From Takakia lepidozioides (taxonomy: Eukaryota; Plantae; Bryophyta), in assembly GCA_030704615.1 (NCBI GenBank), contig JAKLZA010000033.1:1-11000 (forward strand): a stretch of DNA of 11,000 nucleotides. The letters are read 5' to 3'. Position 1 is the stretch's first letter. The number at the start of each line of letters is the position of its first letter. This document shows, piece after piece, positions 1 through 9,489 of the stretch. Under the pieces are notes generated by a model. It was not told the DNA's origin and ran no database searches. It saw only the letters and a list, made by a program, of their open reading frames with translations. A program made the position numbers and the translations under genes.

Positions 1-63
1 TGAAATACAAATGTTTGCAGGGTATGAATTTACCTCTCTTGCCCAAACTGGTTGATAGCATAT

Positions 64-861
64 TCACAAAATCAGGACATGTGCAATTGGGGAAATTGGA
101 AACCGTGATGTCGTAGGTCCTGTCATGAACAGCAGATGTGGAAGTGATGATTGTGAATACCGACCATATCCTGGATCGGGTACTTCCGTGGTGCTTCCAA
201 CACGAGCTTGGAGCATTCTTGCGGACTCCACTTTGCCAAAGTGTTCAGCGGTTGGAGGGAAACGCCGAACGAGCTTTCCATCTCGTTTGGTTGGCCACAA
301 GTCAGGATTTGCCGGGGGGACCCGGGAGGACGCAGGAGTAGTAGCACATGCATGGAGTTGGGGTTGTCTCGCAAGGGAAAAACCTGCCTCCTCCAGCATT
401 TCAATCTCCTGAAAGCTGAGATGTGTTCCCACCTTCACGGGCCAAACGGTTGGAGGAGATGGCTTCATCACTACGGAAGGACGCACAGTTCCATGCACAC
501 ATCTGGCACAATCATCTGCGCAGAACCAGAACTTGTGGTTCTTGGCTTCTGGTTGACCGTATGGACGCATCAAGCCCGTGAAAGTCGGAGCAGGAGTTCG
601 GGCACCACCTCTGGATATAGATGAAGTGCACTTCTCGAAATTAGTTGCCCTGATCGCTGTACATTTCACACGAGACCCGACACTTGTGCGTTCTATGTGC
701 CAAACGTGGTCGGGGCATGCGGACTCAAGCACATCAAGGGGGTTGTTTCTCTCCTGCACCATTTCAGTGGCACGGTTTGATGCTGGAGCTTGCCGTCGTG
801 TTGGAGGTTCCGGACACGGAGCTGTCATGCAGGGGAACACGAGGCTTCGAGAAGTTATCAC
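64..861 (-). CDS. Probable C-terminal part of the transposase (Cys-rich domain), out of frame by +1 with the preceding exon
   Basis: A 265-codon ORF overlaps the end of exon 2 by about 100 nt on the same strand. It has globular-looking sequence WHIERTS..SRVKC-x10-C...PAPTFTG...FWFCADDCARCVHG...VWPVKVGTHLS..EI..LE.AGF. No strong splice sites join the two frames. Confidence 0.6.
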   Translation of the reverse strand: MITSRSLVFPCMTAPCPEPPTRRQAPASNRATEMVQERNNPLDVLESACPDHVWHIERTSVGSRVKCTAIRATNFEKCTSSISRGGARTPAPTFTGLMRPYGQPEAKNHKFWFCADDCARCVHGTVRPSVVMKPSPPTVWPVKVGTHLSFQEIEMLEEAGFSLARQPQLHACATTPASSRVPPANPDLWPTKRDGKLVRRFPPTAEHFGKVESARMLQARVGSTTEVPDPGYGRYSQSSLPHLLFMTGPTTSRFPISPIAHVLIL

Positions 862-3380
862 GGTCTGCCCTGTGGGAATCTGAATCCGAACCAGGTGGAG
901 TGTTCAATTTCCTCTTACAGGAGCCGAATCTCTCCTCCCCTTCAAGATGTGGAACTCTAGAAACAAGTGGCGTTCCCTGGGCATACATGCTCACCGCCCG
1001 TGCTATCTTGATTGGATCCCCAGATCTGTTTGCAGCACGCAACATCAACTCCGATTTGTCCGGACCCTTGCCACCAACCCCACCTCGTAAGAAATCACGG
1101 TATCGGGTTTGTTGTTGCAAGGCACGTATCAAATCATCTGTTGTTGCCACATACAAATCCCGACCTCTTTTCCCAGACTGCTGCAACCATGCATTGTGCA
1201 CAGTTTCTGCCAAATTGCAAGATGGCATGTCTGCCATTTCCTCAATGGACATGTTCTGCAAAGAGGATAACCACACTTCAGAATAGTGCACAGGAAACAA
1301 CATAAAGAAAGCAACAAAAATATGGAAAGCAAATGTATGAATAAAGCATGAAATAGAAGCCTCGTACCATTGTCATGGCTGCTCCCCACTGTCTATACCG
1401 GAAGTGCCAAAACGCCAGCCAATCTTCCAATGCTCTCATACTCTCAAGTGATGCAGCTCCAGAAGAGAACCACCAGGCACGAATTGTCTGGAACAAAGTG
1501 TCCGCCTCCTTCATTGTTCTAGCATCTTTGTACTCTTTGCACAATTTACGGTGCTGAGTCTGCATCTCTGGTTTGATGTCCGACTTTGTATGTTTTTCCA
1601 GAGATTGTGTCCAATGGAATAGACATGTACGCTCTCTTCCTGGCATAGGCACTTTTGGGTCGCCCGATCCGAAGACAATACGAATAGCATTGAAATTTGC
1701 TTGAGCACTATCCGCCATGAAACCTGCGAAATTTGGAGATGGCAGCCCATGGCAGCCCATGACACGTATCAGGGAATTCCACATGAGCTTCTGGGATTCC
1801 GTATCCTCGGATTGCATGTCACAAACTGCAATTGTCATAACTCGTTGGTACACTGGATCGTAGACATGACAAGCCATTGTCGTCCAATCCTTCACTCGTT
1901 TCACATGATCAAACATAAGAAAACAGTTCTGCAAGTCCCCAGTCTTCTGCATCCGCTTCACGAGGCTAACCCCACTGCCCTCCCCAACAGTCGACATTTT
2001 GAAAAGAAAAACTTTGATGGCACCTTGACCTGGGAATACATTGTCCTGGATGTAATCGTACTTGCTCAGTCGTTTCAATTCCAAAATATTGTCTATGTAG
2101 CCTCTGATCCCAGAGCCCATTCTCAATGCATTGATCTGATGCCGAATGTTAGGTGAACTTAAAGTGGAGAAATGATCCATGACCAGGTCCAATGCTGCAC
2201 CGTCAAGTTTAGTCCCCACAGAATCTCCTTCACTCAAAATATGGCTTTCCAAGAAGGACTTGCTTGCGCCAAGAGCAATTGCAGATGTTGTTGCGGATGG
2301 GTTTCTCCCGAACTCCTGTTTGATCAACCTCGATACTGTCTCAACACTCTCCCTGTAATCCCCCTTCGAGACAGGATGGTTATGGAATCCAAAATGCACA
2401 CAAGCTCTCGTCATTGTATTCAAACGGTGGACAACATAGTACATTCTTGCTCCGCAGAGCGCCAAGCAGGATGGCACAAGTTTGCAGAATTTGCAGACGA
2501 AAGTGTTTGCCGGTGGAGGGGCAGTCCCAGGCTGAAATGGATTCTCCGCCAGACCCTCCCATTCGCTTTGATTATGAACTCCAGACTGAAGAAAGTGTCT
2601 GCAATTCAAATTATCACACCTAAGGTGTCCATTGCAAACTGTCCTCCTGAAAACAAGCTTGTCATCATTCTGAATATTGGATGTTTTTGTTCTGCACCAC
2701 GGGTGCCCGTCGTGTTTCTTGTCCATTCCATGCATCATGATTGTTACACCTCCAACTCGCGGAGGAGGAGGCAGCTCGAATAGGATATCGCCATCAAAAG
2801 TCTCCGGCAAGAACTTCACAGGCACCTGCTTCAAAGATTCCCAATCAATTCCCCGCAACTCGCTTTTGAATCCAGCCATTCCTCCCATCGCCCGCAATTT
2901 TGGAATGACACTACAAATCTCTTCTTCATCAGCTTCTGCAACCACAGTAGGAAGGACTGGATTTGGAATTTCACTTATGTCATCATCGGAAGAATCCGAA
3001 AGCTCAACGATTGGAGTGGAGGAAGTCTGTTCTTTTTTCACCACCACCTCCCTCTTGTCTTCAACGACCGAAGCAGCAGTCCCGGGCGTCACATATGACC
3101 CAAGGGACTTTCGCCGAGGCTCTCCAAGTACTCTGTATCGACCAGGACGCACTCTCCACTGGCTGATATGAGCCGTCTCATCACGGTTTTGGAAAGAATA
3201 TTTCACCAACTTCCCTTTCAGATCGTAAACCTCTTTCTCCAAAAAGATGGAGCCATTCTGCAGCTGAAAACGGGTAGCCAAGACATGTTCCAGAACAATT
3301 GCAAATCCATTGTCAAGGACTTCCTGGGAGAACGGCACTGGTTTGTCGTCTGAGAAGAACTCCGCTTCAGAGGAAGCCAT
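764..3380 (-). CDS. Mutator/MULE-like DDE transposase with GCM/WRKY-like zinc-finger region; exons 3380..1368 and 1255..764 (834 aa if it stops at 764)
   Basis: Exon 1 (671 codons) ends ATG|GTACGA at 1368/1367. Acceptor TTTGCAG|AAC at 1256/1255; both junctions are phase 0, giving a 112-nt intron. MULE-type motifs in order: FLMFD (D at 1908-1910), FMADSAQA (D at 1710-1712), CLFH (CxxH, 1625-1614), and after splicing SCNLAETVHNAW (E at 1205-1207). The upstream W..TSN..R..C.GHL.C.N..C...CKFC....C...CGAR...H.G.HNHP pattern resembles GCM/WRKY-fold DNA-binding domains. Confidence 0.85.
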
Positions 3381-4234
3381 CTTCCTTCCTCGAGTATGTT
3401 TGTACCTTGCTATCGCAGATCTAGTGTAAATCGGTTTACTGCTGTCTCCAGAACACAGTTGAAGAATGAGCAGAGCATATGGCGGAGGAAGCTCAGATAA
3501 CGACTGTGCATATTCTGTTATTCATTCCAGATATGCAGCCGTCCATTTTAATTACTTTTCTTGTGGGCCCAGTGGTCAGAGAATCCATAGGGGCAGTGTC
3601 GGCAACTGTTAAACCGTTAATCAGAACCTCATCAATAAACCCAATAACAAAGCCGACTTCCTGGAAGCATGCCACAGGATCCGAGAATGGGATTGCAGAT
3701 TAAGTAAATGTATCTATATACTACTACCAATGATCATGCGCACCTGGAAAGTTCCAAATGTGCAACGAATGTGGGGTTTGGATAACAAGGATGACCGTGT
3801 ATGATATTCCAAAATTTGTCATCAAACTCTCGTTCATTTATATTTATTTGTTTAAGACTGCGCATCAATTTCTGGGATTCGCTGTTCTTTTTAAATATTG
3901 AACCAGTTATAATTTAGAACACGCCGTTTTGTTTTGGGCGGCACACGTCAGACATCCATAACTGAATACGAACAGCTGTACACCAATTGCTGGCATGTGC
4001 ACTAATACGAAACGACTATGTGTAACGGTCACGCGGGAGGGAATCCGATGCTTCTAGAGACACGCAAGAACACAGGCAATCCCGCAAGAAATCGGGAGTC
4101 ACTGCGTTTTTCTACTTTTCGCGCTTAGAGGGAGAGTGGTAGTCAAGCTGGAGAGGGTTCCTTCTAGAATACGAAAGAGAAGAAAGTCTCTTTATTTTAC
4201 TTCCCTTAGAGAGAGACGCAGAGCAAGAGAGAAA
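3381..4234. promoter_or_regulatory. Divergent (head-to-head) intergenic region, putative bidirectional promoter and 5' UTRs
   Basis: 854 bp between the two start codons, with AT-rich/TATA-like tracts (about 3711-3720 and 3837-3850) and a GA-rich leader before the ATG at 4235. The call rests on position only. Confidence 0.5.
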
Positions 4235-7200
4235 ATGACGAGGCGTCGTTTGTTGGAGAACACAGGGCCAAGGCAGCAGGTGAACGCGGAGACTGATTCA
4301 CAAGAGCAGACGGAGACTGAGGCAGCGGCTGCGACACAGTCGGCGATAAGAGTGCGCCAGCCTGTGGAGGCAGAGATGAATCGCAGGGACACTGAAGAAG
4401 GTGGAAGCACGCGGAACGCCGAACCTGAAGAAGGTCAAGAAACCCTTGCGCAGACAGAAACTCCAGCAGATGTGAGAGGGAAGAGGAAAGCTGCAGAAGG
4501 GGATCAAAGTTCAAAACCTAAGAAGGTGCCAGTAAGTTTTATCATATAGTCTATGTGATTGCCTTTCAAGGAGTCCTTCCTCTTCCATTCTTTAGCAGGA
4601 ACTACTGAATCGCGAGCGTCGTTAACGCCATTCGATTCTGCTCATGAGATTTATGTACCTATGTGTTTGAAGAGAGAGTCTGCACTTACTATTCTCCCTA
4701 AACTACACTGAATGTCGTTGCCGCCAATCAGTTGCACATATATGTCATTACACAACACCGATCCGGCAGGTTGTTATCTTTTGTGATTGTCGTTAACGCC
4801 GTTCGCTATCGCTCTCACTTTTGTTTTGAATACGGCAGTCTCGGCTTTGCATGTGTAGATTGTGCTGAATTCTTTCACACCATTCATGGTGAGTTTCCTT
4901 GATACAGAGTGATTGTCGTTACCGCCATTCACTATTTGCAAATCACTTAGTCAGAACTGAATGGCATCGTGCAGAAAACTGTGAGGTCGAAGCCTACAGG
5001 ATCAGAGGGGAAAGGATCTGGAGATGGGGACGAGTCCGCAAAAAGCTCAGAGAATACAGATGAAGCAGATGAATCCGAAGTGCACTACCTTGACAAGGTG
5101 AAAGAACTCATGTCATTCCAGAAGGTAAACTCTCAGGAGGTTATAAGGGACATGCTCGTATCTGGAGGGCGTCTGGACATACCTCTGTGCCGGATGATAT
5201 CAATGCCTGTTGTGCGTCCACCTCTTTCCCATGACATAACAAAATTGGAGAGTGATTTTGTGCATGGATATAGACTTGGTGCACAAGTTTTTTATGTGTC
5301 ACTGACGGATATAAATGGGAAAAGCACATTAGTTTCTCCAGAGATCAGTGATAACTGGGATGAGTGCTGGAAAGATGCCAATGAGGAGTTCGAGCTGGGC
5401 CTCATGATGGGAAAGAACACCCAGCAATTTTGCAACCACATGTTCTACGTCTGGGACGGCAACCACCGATTGCTGGCATGGATGGGATACATTCAGAAAC
5501 ACCATTCGAAAGACAAAGACAAGCATGTTGCTGTGGAGGCAATGGTTTTGGATCCAGGAAACGACATCGCTAGGCTTCTTACAGCTATGCACGACGTGAA
5601 CAAGTAAGTCATCCAGGAGATTTGATTCCCTCTGTAGTGTCTTGTTGATCCTCAAAAAACAGTGTTAAGGAATGCAATGTTTTCAATGTTTTTGCAGATC
5701 GACAGAGAAATCGCATGTGACAACAAGCTTGGTTCACACACTATTCCGAATTCAGAGGATTGGTCTGATGAAGCTGGATGATTTTCGGACAGTACTACCA
5801 CCCAATATCATCAAGAAGTGCGAAACAGGAAGAGCTGCAGGCACTTGGTATTCTTTGACACGAGAGGCGTTTCTGGAGTACATGTATGCGGTAAGCCCGA
5901 GTCTGTAATCTGTTTACTTTTCGAATACATGTTTAGAGTCCCTTCGGAGCTAATCACTACTTGAATGAATGCAGCAAGAACTGGCAGAGGCAGCTGAGAA
6001 GGGAAAATCCGAATATTACCGCACTACACCAGAGGAACTAAGGACATCAAAGGGTGTGGAAGCTGCAATAAAGAAGGAGTTTGAGATGCGAAGAACCAAA
6101 TTGATGTCAGCCTTCGGAAAGCAGCTTAGAATAGTAGATCCTGGACTTGGTCCTGAGTTCCTTCAGCAGATCAAAACACACTATGACAAGCATGTGCATC
6201 CGGAGATGCAGCAGGAGAAATTGCACCGGCTGGCCATATCGATGGTCGACCCACAAACAAAAATAAGGTGGCTGGAGATATGGAACTCAGATCAAACAGT
6301 AAAGGACTTGAATCAGTTCCCAAAGAGCACCATACAGCCTGGCACAAAGGTGGAAGGAATCAGTGATTTGGTGTTTGATAACTGGCTCCACAAGGCTACA
6401 TTTTGGAGTCAGGTGTGTATTCGAACATGCTGTTTCTTCTCTTCAAGTATGTGATGTGTTTCTTTTTTGCAATTCTGACAAATATACTATTTGCAGCTCG
6501 AAAAGCGCGCCGTCATTGTGCTGGATCAGACTTTGAAGGACCTGAACATTGCGATTGTTTCCCCTCCCCAAATGTCATTGGAGGCATACATAAGGAAGTG
6601 GAGAGGTCTCACCTGGAGATACTGTTTTTTCCGGGAGTTCTCCAAAGATGGTAACATTTTACGGTCCAACGACTTTGACAGTCAGGTTGGAGGAGAGTGG
6701 GCCATGATGCGAGTTGTGTACAGGTGAAATGTCATACTTGAAACTCTACTGTTTTTTTGGGAAAAATTGTGGCTTCATATGGATTGCAATCTTAGATCCA
6801 GATTGAATGTCGTTGACGACATTCACTTCTTTGTCTGAGTCATTCTTAAGCGAGTATATGAATTCACCTGGTTAGGATCTAAGGGTGCAATTATATTGTC
6901 CCTGATTAGAATTGATAATGTCCTTGAATGGCGTTGACGACATTCACATACGGAGTTGTTGTGTGGTCCTCAAGGTTATTTAAATTTTTGTAATGTCCAT
7001 AGAGGTTACAATGAGGGTTGATCACTTCATTTTGCTGAATGTCAATGCAGACATTCAGTTGTTCTGCATTGTTTTTTCCTCTTGCGATGAATATGGAGGC
7101 TTGATAAGCTCTGTTTTAAGAAATCCAAAGTGAATGTCGTTGACGACATTCACAGCTGTGTCTGTATTATTCAAAAACGACAAATTCAATTTCATGGATT

Positions 7201-9489
7201 GGGGAGCTAAGTAATTGGTTTCTTTTTTGTATTTTTGTGAATGGCGTTGACGCCATTCACATACAGTGATGTTGTGAGGTCCTCAGTGATAGGTTCGTTA
7301 TGAATGTGCATTGAGTTTTCCTGGATGGTTCCTTACTCAATTTTTTATTTCCATCCTGTGATTTTGCTTCATTTCAGTAATAATTTGGCTTCATTCTTGA
7401 ATGTCGTTGACGACATTCACTTCTATGTCTGTGTCATTTCTAATCGCTTATTTGCATTCACCTGGATTAGGATGTATTTACAGTGTCATGGAATGGAATG
7501 TTCTGAATGGCGTTGACGACATTCATATCTGGAGCAGTAGTGTGGTCCTGAAAGGTCCTTGGAGCAGTTGTCAGAGCCATTTCAATCCATGTTTTTTTCT
7601 TTCTGTTCTACTTGCATCTTACTCACTGAGCGCTTTTGTGGGTTGGGATTCATCTCCTTTTTTCAGGTACACGAAATATGTGCTTATGGAAGGAAATCAC
7701 CTGAGCGGAATTCCCGACTATCTTGACATGTGGTCGGACCCTGCAAACGATCCAACCATGTATACTGCAGGGATATTGAAGGACTGGAGTCCTTCTCACT
7801 TCAGAGACTGTGGGTGGTACCTTGACTGCCCACCTGAGCACACGACCTTTCAAGAACAGCATATGAAATACTTGAACAATAACGCTGAGATGCTGGCGCC
7901 TTTGACTGACGAAGAGTATCAACGAAACATAGCAACCTTGGCTGCCAAGGAGCCTGATGCTCAGGGAACGCCGCAGAAGGGAAAGAAGGCGGGCCGCAAA
8001 CCAAAAGACAAGGCTGTTGATGTCATAGCCATCTCACCAGCAAAGCCAAAGGACAAAGACAAGTCCAAAGAGAAGGAAAAGGACAAGGGGAAGGAGAATG
8101 AAAAGGAGATGGAGAGTGGGCAGGACTTTAGTGCTGGAAGATATACCCGCACTCTTCAGTGCGTGTTCGATGCCAAGCCACACCCTTCCCGTTCTGATTC
8201 AGCAGGAGAGATGAAAATTGTTAATGAGGGTTGGCTTTCGATGATGCAGAGTCGAAAGAGAGGATACACTGGGGTGCCATCCCCTACCTGGGACAATATA
8301 ATCTCATTCCTCAATCTGGTGAGAATTCCATTTCTTTCCTTTTTCTCTGAATGTTTCGTTGGCAGTATTTCAGTCTCGTTCTTTGAAAACATTCTTGCCA
8401 TCGTTCTTATAAAAAACATGTCTGTTGCAGGTGAGCACAGGTCCCACCTTCGTGTGCGGTGTGCAGAAAACTTATGCGGCCGACATTGTCATTCTCGACA
8501 TCCCGGATGGCCAGGCTGTGCCAGAAGTTCTTCCAAAGGGCAAGACGCCAGGCTGGAACAAATTCGAGGACAACTACTGGAGTTGGGTATTCGGGTTCTG
8601 TAACAATTTCCTCTCTGATGCAGGGACACTTCTGCTTTTTCAGTCATGTGACAATGATAGTCGTCGGGCATTGGCATCATACCTCAAGTCTTCAGGGTTT
8701 GAAGTTTTGCGCACATGGAATTGTGTGAACAGCCTCTACCTTGTGAAAGGGGGTTTCCCTGGTCAGCTGGTATGCCGTCTGCCTTCTGCTTATGTGCTTT
8801 GATCATGAGTTTCAATTTTCTCTGCAGCTCCACTCTAGTAGAATGTTTTATGATCGACACCGATCATCAACGATTCATGGTTTTTTGGTGTCAGAGTTCT
8901 GAATAGCCGATGTACACACTTCCACTTTAGATTGTGTTTACCACACTAACCTGCTATCTTTGGCAGACGAGGATGTTCGAGGCGATCTGCCTGCGGAGGA
9001 TTCGCACATCAAAGACACCATCCTCCATCCGCAGCTTTGAGATTTCTGACCAGGGTTGTTTCGTCAACCCCCCCTATGAGCCCCATGTCGATGACATTTT
9101 GTACAACTTCATGCAGTCCAGTCAGACTCTGAAGAGACCAGATGGCACTCCCTGGAGAGGTGCAAAGGAAAAGTCACCAGCATTCATGCAAATACTGCTG
9201 GAGTCATGCAGCCACCGCTCTGCACGGGTGGTCGATCTTTCTGTGTCCACAGGTTCGTTTTCTCCCTTCCGAATTGGTTTCCTTTCAACAGTTTCATCTG
9301 CTTAAATCCCCTCCTCCAAACTGTTATGTTCTCCTGTCTGGTGCAGGAGCAACTTACCACGCATGCAAGGCAGGCGGAAGAAGCCTTTTTGGTATGGAGG
9401 GTGATTCTGACCTCTACAACACAGTGCTCCTCCCCCTTTTGTCTGGCTCCACTTCAGGCACACAGACTGATCGGATTCATTCGAAATGA
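4235..9489 (+). CDS. ParB/Srx-domain + beta-class N4C/N6A DNA-methyltransferase-like fusion protein, 9 exons, about 1067 aa: 4235..4531, 4975..5603, 5698..5890, 5975..6412, 6497..6723, 7667..8318, 8431..8769, 8967..9252, 9347..9489
   Basis: All 8 introns are GT-AG (donors GTAAGT, GTAAGT, GTAAGC, GTGTGT, GTGAAA, GTGAGA, GTATGC, GTTCGT). Phases match (0,2,0,0,2,0,0,1) and exons sum to 3204 nt with no internal stop. Exon 2 has ParB-like motifs MPVVRP...ITKLESDFVHGY...YVWDGNHRLLAW...MHDVNK. Exons 7-9 have ADIVILDIPDG, FLSDAGTLLLF, EKSPAFMQILLESCS, VVDLSVSTGATYHACKAGGRSLFGMEGD. These match the beta-class order DPPY ... EKP..L...LI ... VLDPFxGSGTT..A....GR..IG.E.D. Confidence 0.85.
4613..4931. repeat. 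Four degenerate copies of the 22-bp palindrome in intron 1 of the ParB-MTase gene
   Basis: 4613-4634 cgagcgtcgttaacgccattcg; 4709-4730 tgaatgtcgttgccgccaatca; 4784-4805 tgattgtcgttaacgccgttcg; 4910-4931 tgattgtcgttaccgccattca. A more decayed copy may lie at 4866-4886. Confidence 0.85.
6804..7525. repeat. Seven copies of the 22-bp palindrome TGAATG(T/G)CGT TG ACG(A/C)CATTCA in intron 5
   Basis: Copies start at 6804, 6925, 7036 (centre altered), 7131, 7238, 7398 and 7504, spaced 95-160 bp apart. Copies at 6804, 7131, 7238 and 7398 have perfect 10-bp arms. Confidence 0.95.

Noticed and set aside
125-3353. Plus-strand ORFs overlapping the transposase (e.g. 684..1286, 2172..2783, 2677..3171)
   Set aside because: They are antisense shadows of the minus-strand coding sequence with no motifs of their own.
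3479-3703. Small ORFs on both strands in the intergenic region (74 aa plus, 60 aa minus)
   Set aside because: They are short, have no recognisable motif, and I found no phase-consistent splice linking them to either gene.
6804-7525. CRISPR array (palindromic repeats separated by spacers)
   Set aside because: Spacers are 73-138 bp, uneven and homologous to each other in alternation. The array is inside a spliceosomal intron and there are no cas genes.
7401-7666. N-terminal part of the 400-aa ORF 7401..8603 and its tail after 8318
   Set aside because: These are read-through into T-rich intron sequence. Only 7667..8318 fits the splice phases.
4235-9489. Bacterial or phage origin of the contig (ParB + MTase)
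   Set aside because: Eight phase-consistent GT-AG introns show this is a eukaryotic nuclear gene.
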